Source of the DNA: a virus | Lineage: Duplodnaviria > Caudoviricetes | DNA: 56,526 bases | Virus record (IMG/VR): IMGVR_UViG_3300040806_002135 | Span: 1-56,526 of that record | Direction: 5' to 3' (one strand) | Shown here: positions 32,242 through 41,822 of the stretch, piece after piece | Layout: the number at the start of each line of letters is the position of its first letter | Numbering within the stretch: the stretch's first letter is position 1 | Made by a program: the position numbers and the translations under genes | Notes under the pieces: model-generated | Told to the model about the DNA's origin: nothing | The model's input: only the letters and a program-made list of their open reading frames with translations | Database searches by the model: none

Positions 32242-34772
32242 ATCGGCTCCGAACTGTACTGGATGCGGGAAATCCGATCTGCTTCGGTTTCCTCACAGAA
32301 CAGGTGGGCCACCGATCCTTCGGTCAGCGCAGGGAAGTACAATTGAGCCAAGGTCCCATCCTCTGTCAGAGTCGGAGTCAGGGCTATCGGTCCAATCTTG
32401 GTCACTCCATCCACCAGCACAGATACATTCAAAGGGCCTCCGGTGTACTGGAATTCCACGGCATCCCAGCGGCGCAGCGTTTGTTCGGCCAGCATGTCCA
32501 TCTCGACTCCTACCCCAATCAAACGCCCACCTCCGTTGGATACCCGAACGGTGGCCTTGCGTCCGATCCGTGCATCGGTACACCGAAACACCCGCTCCAC
32601 CAACTGCGTAGCAGGGAGCGTGAAGATATCGGTGACCACGTCATCGATGAGCAACTCCAGTGTGCCGGACAAGGATTCTCCGGTAATCTGTACCCCACGG
32701 AAAACTTTCAAATCCTGCAAGTTTCCAGCATCAAAATCGCGAGTCAGTACAGTAAAGTTCTGATTGGTTCCACCGCCCAGGTAGCCTGCTTCAGAATACA
32801 GATTGTTGGTCTGACCCCGATAGTGCAGAGAGGCTGCTGTCAGATTGGATCTCGCAATCCGCACCCCCTGGCGCATGTCTACAACGTAACCCTGCGTGGT
32901 TTCGTCGGTGGAGAGCAGGTAGTAGCGGTTGTCCACAACTCCAGCAACATTGTTGATCAGGGTGTCAGAGGGTAGAGAGAAGTCCTTTAGAATCCCCTTG
33001 CTTAGATTGGTGACGTTGGCTCCATCAAAGAAACAGATGCCATTGAAACTGATGTAGAGGACTCCCTGCATGATCTCACGGACACAACGATGGAGTCCGG
33101 CAGGAACGCCTTCTACAGTAGGAACCTTGACCTTCCGCATACTGTCGGCAGTGGAACCGAAAACCCGGTAGAGGGAGAAGTCGGTAAAGACCAGCAGGTC
33201 GGAGCCACGTCTTCCCAATGCGGTGATGTCATTGTCAAAGGAAAGGTATCCGGCCAGAGGCCAGTTGTTGGGGTCACTGAAACGGGAAATGTAAAGAGTC
33301 CGGCCCTCGACTCCAAAGAAGAAGTTATTGACCTCCGTTACATGCTGCATGTTGTACGGAGGCAAATCGGTATTGAGGATCGGTTGGATGTCAATCAAGG
33401 CTCTTGCTGGAACAAAGTCCAAGAACGTTCCGCTGGTGATGGAACCTTGTGTATCTACGGCAAACGCGATGGGAATGAAGACCCGTTCAAACGGATCGTC
33501 ATCCATCACGATTTCCACCAGAATGTCTACATGGTGTGCGGCTCCAGCGGTGCGGCTCAGTGTGAAACTGACTGATCCAGAAGAAATGGTACTGTAGTCG
33601 GTTATGTCGTTGTTGACCGTGTTGTAGAGGCAACCGTTGAAGGAATGCCAGTTGAGACGGGCCTTTCCTGGAGGGAGATTGTTGATGGTTACATTGAGAT
33701 CGGTTGTGTTGGAAACAGAGATGGTTCCCGAAGTGACACTGCTGTAGTAGAGATTGGCGACCTTCTTGATGACCGAACTGGTTCCCCCCGTCCGGTACAG
33801 CGCATACTTGCCTGTTGTGATATCACTGATTGTGACCAAGGCAGGCCGATTGATGTTGTTGGCATCCTTTGCAAGGGAACTGGCGCTATTGGAGGGATCT
33901 GTCAGATCAGACATCCCTGACTCTGCTCCTGTCGCCTCATCAAACCGTGCCAGCCCGTACTGGTAGGGAATTGGATAGTATCCGGTGCTGGTCGAGTACC
34001 AGAGGGAGGTATGGCTGGAAGCCCGATCTGCGTTTGTGCCAATCTGGGAAAAGCTGATGTTTGGTTCGGGAACCTCCAGTCCCATCCGGTAGGTCTGATT
34101 CAGATCCCCATCCAGAATACGGATGGGGGCGCTGTCCACTGCCACAAGGGTTGCTGTTGCCGAAGCAACCGGAGTCTGATCAATGACAATCTGGTTGGAT
34201 GCAGAAATGATGTTGGTGACCAATCCACCGTCAGGGAGAATCGAATCATTGGCAACCAGCCTGTCCCCAACATGGATCTTGTCCACCTCTCCAGATTCCA
34301 GCGTCAGTGTCTTGGCTCCGGCATTGACTCCATTGGCGGCAACACGGATGGAATAGGAATCCCGACCAATGTAGAGATCCTGAGAGTATTCCACGAAGGA
34401 ATTTGCCTGGAAGAGGCCCTTGATCAGTCCTTGAACGGTGATCGTATCCCCACTGGTGATCGTGTAGTCCCCATTGCGCTCAATGACCAGAGGGCTGGTG
34501 TACTCTGCATCTCCACTGCTGCTGAGAACGGTGGTGATGATCAGTTGAACGGCTGGAGTGACATTGCTGAAGCCACTGCTTCCAACCCACGTTTCTCCGG
34601 CCTCGTAGTAGAAGACCTGTCCACCTCCTTCGCCTCCAAAGGACTCTCCCTGCCGGATCGTGTTGTCATAGACTTCGGCATCGATGAGCAACTGACTGGT
34701 GGCTTCCGGCAGTCGATTGCCAGGAAGCAGTGTGTTCAGCCCCCCGCCGAAGTTCGACTGCTCTTGGATCAT
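32238..34772 (-). CDS. Tail nozzle / stabilisation protein (P22 gp10/T7 gp12-like)
   Basis: NFGGGLN start, LYISRFSDPNNWP, beta-propeller-like repeats, GICFFDG. Confidence 0.8.
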   Translation of the reverse strand: MIQEQSNFGGGLNTLLPGNRLPEATSQLLIDAEVYDNTIRQGESFGGEGGGQVFYYEAGETWVGSSGFSNVTPAVQLIITTVLSSSGDAEYTSPLVIERNGDYTITSGDTITVQGLIKGLFQANSFVEYSQDLYIGRDSYSIRVAANGVNAGAKTLTLESGEVDKIHVGDRLVANDSILPDGGLVTNIISASNQIVIDQTPVASATATLVAVDSAPIRILDGDLNQTYRMGLEVPEPNISFSQIGTNADRASSHTSLWYSTSTGYYPIPYQYGLARFDEATGAESGMSDLTDPSNSASSLAKDANNINRPALVTISDITTGKYALYRTGGTSSVIKKVANLYYSSVTSGTISVSNTTDLNVTINNLPPGKARLNWHSFNGCLYNTVNNDITDYSTISSGSVSFTLSRTAGAAHHVDILVEIVMDDDPFERVFIPIAFAVDTQGSITSGTFLDFVPARALIDIQPILNTDLPPYNMQHVTEVNNFFFGVEGRTLYISRFSDPNNWPLAGYLSFDNDITALGRRGSDLLVFTDFSLYRVFGSTADSMRKVKVPTVEGVPAGLHRCVREIMQGVLYISFNGICFFDGANVTNLSKGILKDFSLPSDTLINNVAGVVDNRYYLLSTDETTQGYVVDMRQGVRIARSNLTAASLHYRGQTNNLYSEAGYLGGGTNQNFTVLTRDFDAGNLQDLKVFRGVQITGESLSGTLELLIDDVVTDIFTLPATQLVERVFRCTDARIGRKATVRVSNGGGRLIGVGVEMDMLAEQTLRRWDAVEFQYTGGPLNVSVLVDGVTKIGPIALTPTLTEDGTLAQLYFPALTEGSVAHLFCEETEADRISRIQYSSEPI

Positions 34773-35551
34773 TCCATTGCCCGTTGGAGTTCTTGGACTT
34801 GTTTACTTAACTGATTGACCGATTCAATCAGTAACGGGATCAGGAGTTCGTACCGGACGGCCAATGTACCATCGGGACGTTGGATCACCGCTTCGGGGAC
34901 CACAGGTTGCACCTCTTGGGCAATCACCCCAACGCTGGATTCTCCACCTGTGGGATGATCCTCCAGCCACTCAAAGCGGACCCCACGCAACACCGCCAGA
35001 TCAGCCAGCGGGTTGGATGAGATCATCCGAACGTTTCGTTTCTTGCGGATATCGGAGGTGTAGTAGGCTGTGACATCCCCAGCGCACCGGATCTCGGCAG
35101 AGGCCCCGGTGACCGTCAGCAGTCCTTGGATTTCGGTACTGGTGGTAAAGGTCTTGTTGGAAAGACTTTGTGTGTCCGAGGTTCCGACCAGAGAGCCCGA
35201 AGGGATGGATTTCCCCAGCAAGTCCAGACTGATCGTGTTGGCAGTTCCATCGGTACTGAGGACAGGAATGTCTCCGTCTGTGGAACCATGAGTCTTGCCG
35301 TTGAGTTTGTCCACATTCAGATTGCTCACCTTTGTGGTCGAGGTGACCGTCAGCGGAGCCGTTCCTACGGCAATGTTGCTGATCAGGGAAGCCCCTGTGA
35401 CAGAACCTGTCGAAACGACAGTGTTGGCACTGACGGTTCCTGATGCAGTCAGACTCTGTACAGTGGAGTTCCCTGTCGCATCCAGCGAAATGTTGGGAGA
35501 GGCTCCGCTGTTGGATAGATGCCGAACTTCATTGACTCGTACAGTACTCAT
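34769..35551 (-). CDS. Short tail fibre with C-terminal S74 intramolecular chaperone
   Basis: GTAPLTVTSTTKVSNLNVDKLNG; SDIRKK.N, GVIAQEVQ.V.PEAV, V.YE.LIPLLIE.V. Confidence 0.9.
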   Translation of the reverse strand: MSTVRVNEVRHLSNSGASPNISLDATGNSTVQSLTASGTVSANTVVSTGSVTGASLISNIAVGTAPLTVTSTTKVSNLNVDKLNGKTHGSTDGDIPVLSTDGTANTISLDLLGKSIPSGSLVGTSDTQSLSNKTFTTSTEIQGLLTVTGASAEIRCAGDVTAYYTSDIRKKRNVRMISSNPLADLAVLRGVRFEWLEDHPTGGESSVGVIAQEVQPVVPEAVIQRPDGTLAVRYELLIPLLIESVNQLSKQVQELQRAME

Positions 35552-35935
35552 CTAGTAACTCCAAATAGCTGATTTTTCAGGTTTTCTTACGTCCAAATGT
35601 ATGAATCTCTGGGAAAAGTCGTTGCGCTGGTTGATCCCCAGTCCATTGAATCCGTGCTTGATTGCCAGCTTCAGTAGGCGTATGGCATCTGCCCCGTAGA
35701 TCAACACATCCACGGCCATCCCTCGTCCATGATATCCTGGTCCATTCGGCTTCATGCGTTCGCGTGGATTAAGTTTTGGGTCACGATAGGCGCTGGATAG
35801 GCGCATCGGTTGTCCGAACTCCTCCCGCAACGCTTCCAGCTTTTCCATCATTTCCAAGTCCATCGCGCAATTGTTCGTGAAGGAACAGGCGAGTTCCTCC
35901 CTGCTGAAATGGGGGCTGGATTCAATAGTACTCAT
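35552..35935 (-). CDS. Endolysin, peptidase M15 family
   Basis: HFSREELAC, LSSAYR, H..G.AVD, FIHLD. Confidence 0.9.
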   Translation of the reverse strand: MSTIESSPHFSREELACSFTNNCAMDLEMMEKLEALREEFGQPMRLSSAYRDPKLNPRERMKPNGPGYHGRGMAVDVLIYGADAIRLLKLAIKHGFNGLGINQRNDFSQRFIHLDVRKPEKSAIWSY

Positions 35936-36234
35936 GCGTTTTTCCCCATCATTTGTTTAGCTTTGATTTCCTTGCGCCACCGCTTGAACATCTTGATTCC
36001 AATGACAATCGCGATAGGCGCACCAAAGAACGCCGCAATTCCCTCGGCGGCTCCGGTGTCCAGCAGGACATCCGTAACGCCCCACGCCATGTCCTCTACG
36101 CTGGCATCTACGGGCGCAGAGAGGATGAAATCAATCGCTTCCTGGTTGTTCGGATCGGGGATCGCTTCAATCCCAGCGTCTGTGACGGCATCTGTCACCG
36201 TGTCCGTAATGAGATTCTTTATGATTTCTTCCAA
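35932..36234 (-). CDS. Small membrane protein (lysis-associated?)
   Basis: Acidic N-terminus, one TM segment, basic C-tail; upstream of endolysin. Confidence 0.6.
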   Translation of the reverse strand: MEEIIKNLITDTVTDAVTDAGIEAIPDPNNQEAIDFILSAPVDASVEDMAWGVTDVLLDTGAAEGIAAFFGAPIAIVIGIKMFKRWRKEIKAKQMMGKNA

Positions 36235-36449
36235 GATACCCTCTTGCTACTGGTTTTACGTTTTGCAGGAGCCGCCTTGCACATGGCCTTGGTAGGCCGA
36301 CACGCTGGATACGGACGTTTGCTGCCACCCTTGGCAGACTTTCGGCCACAAGCCTTCCCTGTCTTGCAGTCCACCCAGCCCTTGCCGCCGTTTCTCCCAA
36401 ACCAACCCTTCAGCCCTTGCTTTTTTTCTGGCCCGAACTTCGTTGCCAT
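36219..36449 (-). CDS. Small basic conserved phage protein
   Basis: GL..WF...WVD..TGK.CGR...R.YP.CRP. Confidence 0.8.
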   Translation of the reverse strand: MATKFGPEKKQGLKGWFGRNGGKGWVDCKTGKACGRKSAKGGSKRPYPACRPTKAMCKAAPAKRKTSSKRVSWKKS

Positions 36450-36580
36450 CCTCCTCCCATCGCTTTGTATCTCTTGGCGGCATATCCGTTGGCATAGGCA
36501 CTCGGATATACTTTGTACTTTCTTTTTGCTTCCGCCTTGGCCTTTGCCCAGAGGGCAGGCTTGGTTGGAGTATTGGCCAT
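36410..36580 (-). CDS. Small basic conserved phage protein (56 aa, MANTPTKPALWAKAKAEAKRKYKVYPSAYANG...)
   Basis: Translated by hand; PSAYA.G.....YK..GGGW motif, usually found beside the previous family. Confidence 0.8.
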   Translation of the reverse strand: MANTPTKPALWAKAKAEAKRKYKVYPSAYANGYAAKRYKAMGGGWQRSSGQKKSKG

Positions 36581-36984
36581 CAGATCTGCCTATCCGTATT
36601 TACACCGATTAAGCATTCCTTAGTCATCTTTTCGGCAGCTTGTAGCTTTTGGGGTTCAGACATTTCCAAAACCTGCTCGTACCGATAGTGCTTGCGGAAT
36701 TCATCGATGACGCAAGAACAGTTTTGAATGGAGAACTGAAGTGCCAACGGTTTTGGCATTCCTTGGTATTCAAACTGTGGCTGCATCTGCAGCGAACATT
36801 GATACGTCCACTGCAGTAGAAATAGGGTAGGGTAGTTGATCTCATACAGTTGTTGCTCAACTTCGTTGACCAACGGCCCTTTACTCTTGTCGAGATGCTG
36901 TGGCAGATTGCCGTGATGCGAGAACGCTGGCGGCGGCAACCCGCAGGTTGACAACAGGGCCAGTAGCAGCAGTGATTTCTTCAT
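36580..36984 (-). CDS. Secreted or lipoprotein-like hypothetical protein
   Basis: MKKSLLLLALLSTC signal peptide, four further Cys. Confidence 0.65.
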   Translation of the reverse strand: MKKSLLLLALLSTCGLPPPAFSHHGNLPQHLDKSKGPLVNEVEQQLYEINYPTLFLLQWTYQCSLQMQPQFEYQGMPKPLALQFSIQNCSCVIDEFRKHYRYEQVLEMSEPQKLQAAEKMTKECLIGVNTDRQI

Positions 36985-37283
36985 TAGTACTTTCCTTTTC
37001 TACCTTTCGGATTAGACGTAGTATGTCCTCCCTTGCCACCCCATAGGTCTTTGCAAGCCCAGTGTTTTGCAGTGCCTTTAGTTGCTGAAGCGCACTTGTG
37101 TCGTGCCTTAAAAGATTTTCTAGCTGCGGCAGAGTAATTGTTTCCATAGCCCTTTGCTCCATACTGAATGATCTTTTCTTTTCCACCGCTGCAGTCCTTG
37201 ACCACCCTCTTCTTTTTGCTTCCTGCTGGCGCTGGTCTGGGCTTGTTGCAGGGCATAGCCTTCTTATTGACTCTTGCTGGCAT
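36984..37283 (-). CDS. Small basic conserved phage protein
   Basis: KK..V, YGAKGY, RKSFKARHKC, A.HWAC..LW. Confidence 0.8.
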   Translation of the reverse strand: MPARVNKKAMPCNKPRPAPAGSKKKRVVKDCSGGKEKIIQYGAKGYGNNYSAAARKSFKARHKCASATKGTAKHWACKDLWGGKGGHTTSNPKGRKGKY

Positions 37284-37284
37284 C

Positions 37285-37578
37285 TTATTCTTTCTCCCGC
37301 AGTACGGCCTTCAGCAGTGTAGTTTGTTCGACTAGGCAGCTTCGCAGATCCCCCAGTATTTTGTTAGACTCAGAAATGATTCCTCTGAGTGCCTCATCGC
37401 TGGTCGTATCCTTTTTCATCCATTCGAGCCTTTCTTCTTTGTGCATCATGTCTGCTGTTGTTCGCTCCTCACGATGAGATTTTGTGATAAATTGGATATA
37501 CCAGAAACAAGCGATCAAGGAGCCAAGCCCTGCGCCTAAGTCGCTAACCAGCTGAATGATTGAAGATGATTCGGGCAT
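37285..37578 (-). CDS. Holin-like membrane protein
   Basis: Single N-terminal TM plus coiled-coil tail, near endolysin. Confidence 0.6.
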   Translation of the reverse strand: MPESSSIIQLVSDLGAGLGSLIACFWYIQFITKSHREERTTADMMHKEERLEWMKKDTTSDEALRGIISESNKILGDLRSCLVEQTTLLKAVLREKE

Positions 37579-37599
37579 AGCAGGTACTCGGCTAAAGGG

Positions 37600-38151
37600 T
37601 TATAGGGAATCAGGCCACGCATGAATCGGTGCTTTGCCCGTTGGATTTCCCTCTTCGTCCGTTGGGGTGGTGTGGAGTGCGATGAACTCTTCTAGTGTCG
37701 TGCAGCCATTGATGGCGGATTCGATTGAATTGGATGCGGCCCGTACAGAAGCCCTATAATCTAGTACTGCTTGCGGCACTGCGGTGCTGGTTTCGGCCTT
37801 CCGTACAACATACCAATCGGTGTCTTTAAGTAGGCTTCCTGCGGTTTGTTTTGTGCGGCTAATCCACTGGCTTTTGAGCCCCTGCTGAACCTGCTGGTTG
37901 CCGCCCATGTCTAATACTGGATTGCCGTCTGCGTCCGTTACGTTTATATCATCTAGGCTTTTAGGGTTATTAGCTGACCAATAAAACCGTTCATCATACG
38001 GATCTGGTGGCGCAGGAGGTTCTACCCAAACCATTCCAAGTGACGTTTTGAATTCTGGTGTCCACCGATTCCAGACTGACGGATGTGTAATGCCATTGGA
38101 ATCTGTCCAAGATCGTCCAACACGAATCGTAGTGCCGTTGTAAGTCCACAT
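37600..38151 (-). CDS. Tail fibre assembly chaperone-like protein
   Basis: LLKDTDWYVVRKAE...YR..VR motif, follows the fibre gene. Confidence 0.8.
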   Translation of the reverse strand: MWTYNGTTIRVGRSWTDSNGITHPSVWNRWTPEFKTSLGMVWVEPPAPPDPYDERFYWSANNPKSLDDINVTDADGNPVLDMGGNQQVQQGLKSQWISRTKQTAGSLLKDTDWYVVRKAETSTAVPQAVLDYRASVRAASNSIESAINGCTTLEEFIALHTTPTDEEGNPTGKAPIHAWPDSL

Positions 38152-38173
38152 AGTTAGTTATCCTTTTATCCTG

Positions 38174-40060
38174 TTAACGTGCGTTGCTAAATTTAAATGG
38201 TTGTTCTGCGAAGGCCATAAAGATGTAAGTTTCGCCATCATCGTTAATTTCTTCTTTAGTGGATCTAACTTTAAAACCATTACTTAAAAAATCTATGTAT
38301 ATGTCCGTTGCGGCAGTAGACCCGTTTCCACGATAGCCTTCTTGGATACTTTTATTAGCGTACAAAACTTTATTCATGACGTTACTGGAATCCCTAGCAT
38401 TGTCGTACATAGCCCAACTAGTATGAGTCGTGGTGGTGTCGGATGTGCATTTGCAAATTACAAGGGCAGGGCGGAAGCCACAGTACACAAACGGCAAAGC
38501 AGTAGACCCTTCGTAGCTGCCGAACTTACTGTAGCCTTCTACCGAATGCCAGCAGTAGGCTATAAAATTATGAGTATCATTAATATTAGTTGTATTAATA
38601 TTCCCCAGTAAAGGGACTATATTTCCATCAGTAAGTGGGTTTTTAATACCCCCACCTCCGGAAGTCGAAACATTCGTCTGAGCATTAGGTAATTGCAAAT
38701 ATAAATTATGATTCGTTGATAGGCTTTTGTGGTAAACGAACCAATATTCAGGATCATCTAAATCCTTAATTATTACAAAATCTAAACTACTTAGACCGGA
38801 CGGAATAGACTGATTCGAATTGGTGGCGTTATTACCGTAGTATTTTACAATACTAAACCCTGCATCGGTATTTATTGACATCCGCTTTGGGTATATTGTT
38901 GGCGATCCAGCAGGGGTATAATTGCTTTGTAGTACCCCATTAATTGATACACTACTATTAGAACTAGTAGCAGCAGACCCATTAGCGTTCATTGCGCCAG
39001 AAGTAGCCGTATTATCTGCTGTGGGTACCCCACCTGCTTTCCAGCACCAAGCTACAAACTTAGCATTGTTGTCATTTAAAGCGTTAGTTCCTGTGATTGA
39101 TTGAATTGTAAAGCCAGATGATGTTAAATCGGCATCAGCATTACCAGAATATGTACCTTCAGCATTAGTCTGGGAGGATGAAATCCATTTTAAATTCCCA
39201 TCCCCACGAACAGAATCCATTAACAAGTGATCTGAATTTACATTGGATGTTGGTAATAGTGTTCTTGCTTTAGTCCAAATTAAGTCTGGAGCAAAGTCTG
39301 TTGAAATTGATCTAGGGTAAATATTATCCCCCGTCCAAATCACAGCTTTAAAGTAATCCGCTGGCACATCACCAGTAACGGTTGGGGTAAAGTCTGGCAG
39401 GTTGGCAGTACAAAGTGCTAGTGCGCCAGTTGGTGGTTGGAAAGCAAAGCGTCCACCTGTTGAATTACCTGAGGCATCTGTATCATAATCGCCAGCACCA
39501 GTAGGAAGGTTTGATGCTCCACCGAAAGTAGGGTCTTGACCGAAATTAACTCTAATTTTCTGACTGCCAGAATTTGAAGCATTCCAGCATCTTAAACTAA
39601 GATTTGAAGTAAGGTTATTATGAATATATCCTGTTCCGTTCGAAATGTTTGCAGACAACTGCAATGCGCCATTTTTTGCTAGATACCACTTGCTATTCTG
39701 AATATCTACAATCACGCCTAATACATCTTCTGTTGTAAAGCTAATCGAAACTGCTGTTTGAGGAGCGTTATTCCAAGGTTCACCATCACCTCTAATTCCC
39801 CAAGAATTACTAGTATTGGTACCTTCCAGTAACCCAATATTCAATAAACTTAAGTAACTTGTTTCATAATAAATTTCAAAATAAGTAATCGCATTCGGTA
39901 ACATCTGCATTGATGAAGACACTGAGCCAGCAGAAGCTAAAAATGTTCCGGTAGTTAAATTCCCATCAGATAGCGAAATTGATGAGTTATATAACGGATT
40001 CAACGCAGCAAAATTATTCGTTGGACTGTCTGGGACAATATCGTGTGTGCTAAATGCCAT
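38174..40060 (-). CDS. Tail fibre / receptor-binding protein, C-terminal part (SPRY-like plus PDLIW.K.R repeats)
   Basis: DSPTNNFA.LNP, NFGQD, PDLIWTKAR, VAWCWKAG, GYSKFGSY, GF.PA, YIFMAFAEQPFK; ATG 40060 is the likely start. Confidence 0.85.
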   Translation of the reverse strand: MAFSTHDIVPDSPTNNFAALNPLYNSSISLSDGNLTTGTFLASAGSVSSSMQMLPNAITYFEIYYETSYLSLLNIGLLEGTNTSNSWGIRGDGEPWNNAPQTAVSISFTTEDVLGVIVDIQNSKWYLAKNGALQLSANISNGTGYIHNNLTSNLSLRCWNASNSGSQKIRVNFGQDPTFGGASNLPTGAGDYDTDASGNSTGGRFAFQPPTGALALCTANLPDFTPTVTGDVPADYFKAVIWTGDNIYPRSISTDFAPDLIWTKARTLLPTSNVNSDHLLMDSVRGDGNLKWISSSQTNAEGTYSGNADADLTSSGFTIQSITGTNALNDNNAKFVAWCWKAGGVPTADNTATSGAMNANGSAATSSNSSVSINGVLQSNYTPAGSPTIYPKRMSINTDAGFSIVKYYGNNATNSNQSIPSGLSSLDFVIIKDLDDPEYWFVYHKSLSTNHNLYLQLPNAQTNVSTSGGGGIKNPLTDGNIVPLLGNINTTNINDTHNFIAYCWHSVEGYSKFGSYEGSTALPFVYCGFRPALVICKCTSDTTTTHTSWAMYDNARDSSNVMNKVLYANKSIQEGYRGNGSTAATDIYIDFLSNGFKVRSTKEEINDDGETYIFMAFAEQPFKFSNAR

Positions 40061-40068
40061 AATCTTTA

Positions 40069-40806
40069 TTAGGTTACTGTCCAATCGTTATTATTACCGG
40101 AAACGTCATTACCAATGTTAGATGAATCCGCAAAGTCTAAATGAAATCCGTTGTCTCCGTAACTTCCTGTGTATGCTTTAGGAACCCAAATATCTTGTTT
40201 AGTTTCGCCAAAATATGATGCGTCGAGTGCTTGCCCGTCTATAAATTGTATGTTTGCTAGGTATCCACTAAATGGTTCAGTAGCATCAGATCCTCTACCT
40301 AAAGTAACAGGTCTTGAAGCTTTGTTAATGAATGGTTGTGTAAATGTAGTAACTGTTGGAGCAACACTATTTGGCCCAATAATTTCAACTCCATTTGCGT
40401 ATACAATCAATTTATTAGTCGCTCCAGTATCCATCATAATTACAAAATGATACCATGCACTTGGATCTCTGAATGCAGCAGAAGAGGTTGCCTCAATTTG
40501 CCACGCAGAATCAACATCGTTTCTAACACCAAAAAAGAATTGGTCAGAGGTCACACTAGTAAATATTATGCATCTGCCGCCACTGCCACTCCCACCGGCA
40601 TATGTATCAAAGAAACTATTCCTTAACCCAAGCCTACTACCAATCTTATACCATAAACTGATAGTTACTTTTGATTCATCAGTAACAGAAGATAAATTTG
40701 TTCTACTCAAATAACTAGACCCATCAAACCGTAATGACTGCTCAATCGGGTAGTCGTAGAAGCTAGCTGATCCGCCACTTTTTGCTGTGCCTTGTATAAT
40801 GCTCAT
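40069..40806 (-). CDS. Tail fibre N-terminal LamG/concanavalin-like domain protein
   Basis: IEQSLRFDGSSYL, FRDPSAWYH, FIDGQAL...FGE, W.PK.Y.GSYG.NGFHLDF, DVSGNNNDW. Confidence 0.85.
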   Translation of the reverse strand: MSIIQGTAKSGGSASFYDYPIEQSLRFDGSSYLSRTNLSSVTDESKVTISLWYKIGSRLGLRNSFFDTYAGGSGSGGRCIIFTSVTSDQFFFGVRNDVDSAWQIEATSSAAFRDPSAWYHFVIMMDTGATNKLIVYANGVEIIGPNSVAPTVTTFTQPFINKASRPVTLGRGSDATEPFSGYLANIQFIDGQALDASYFGETKQDIWVPKAYTGSYGDNGFHLDFADSSNIGNDVSGNNNDWTVT

Positions 40807-40825
40807 GGGCTTTTACCTGACTCCG

Positions 40826-41479
40826 TTAGCTAAGTGCGGCAGTTACTGATACCAGCACTACAGAAGCACTTGGCGCAAAGTATGACAACCAGTATTCGCC
40901 TGTTGCTGACAACGTAGTTAAATCCGCCGTTCCTAGCTTTACGGATGCCGCTTTACTGGCAGTATAAGCTGACGCATTGTTAACGTAGATGTTTCCAGAC
41001 TGTCCTGCCGTAATATTCGTAAAGGTAATCGTATAATTGGCAGTTGGCGTACAAGAAAAGTTATTAGTGGTGTTCATGTCAAAACTGGCAGTATTGGCTA
41101 CTGTGACTGTGCCACGATTGCCGCCAGTAAATGTCTGGTCTGCCGTCAGATCCGCAAAGTTGGATAAGCCCAGCGTGGTTCGTTGGGCCGTTGTATCCGC
41201 ATCATCTAATAGCGCCCGTCCTGCACTCGTCAGATCCGCCACGGCATAAGTATCGGACGCAGTGGTGTACAACATTTTGTCAGTGTCAGTGGTTAGGCCA
41301 CTGATCGAAGTCAGCCCAGCATCTAACGGTTGCTTACTACCTAAGTCCGTAGTCAAGTTACTGATCTTTGCTTGGGCAATCGCAGCATCTGCGGCAATAT
41401 CCGTGTTCGTGATGGTCCCGTCGGCAATGTCCTCAGACGTGAGTGGGACAGGGGTTGGTTGTTTTCCGATATAGGCCAT
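40826..41479 (-). CDS. Tail fibre connector protein
   Basis: MAYIGKQP N-terminus, LTSAGRALLDDA...AQRTTLGL, QTFT..R..F...NNF. Confidence 0.75.
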   Translation of the reverse strand: MAYIGKQPTPVPLTSEDIADGTITNTDIAADAAIAQAKISNLTTDLGSKQPLDAGLTSISGLTTDTDKMLYTTASDTYAVADLTSAGRALLDDADTTAQRTTLGLSNFADLTADQTFTGGNRGTVTVANTASFDMNTTNNFSCTPTANYTITFTNITAGQSGNIYVNNASAYTASKAASVKLGTADLTTLSATGEYWLSYFAPSASVVLVSVTAALS

Positions 41480-41820
41480 TAGCTTTGCTCCAATACTGAA
41501 ATGACCGCATCCACGGAGGAAGCGACACTGCTGGTTACTGTGATCTTGTCTCCGGTTTCCAATACGACTTTCTGATCTCCTCCAACCAACACCAAACTTC
41601 CTCCTACTGGAATCGGAGCATCCTTGACGAGGTAGGCAGTGGTTCCGCTCACCCCAAGACTACTGTCAAAGAGAACCGCACTGATGGTGATTGCAGCACT
41701 GTGTTTGTTTGCCAACGAGGCCCCAATAACGGTTGTTGTTGTTGCAGAGGGCGTCGTGTATATGTCGTTCCCGCTGGTTCCAATCGATGTTGTGATCTGG
41801 TTCTTAAATGTATTTGCCAT
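41479..41820 (-). CDS. Small tail-associated structural protein
   Basis: MANTFKN...YT.P..TT..VIG..LAN...KVVLETGD...S.LE family. Confidence 0.8.
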   Translation of the reverse strand: MANTFKNQITTSIGTSGNDIYTTPSATTTTVIGASLANKHSAAITISAVLFDSSLGVSGTTAYLVKDAPIPVGGSLVLVGGDQKVVLETGDKITVTSSVASSVDAVISVLEQS

Positions 41821-41822
41821 GA

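Noticed and set aside
31611-32975. 454-aa + strand ORF and other long antisense ORFs in the structural region
   Set aside because: They are shadows of well-supported minus-strand genes and show no recognisable motifs.
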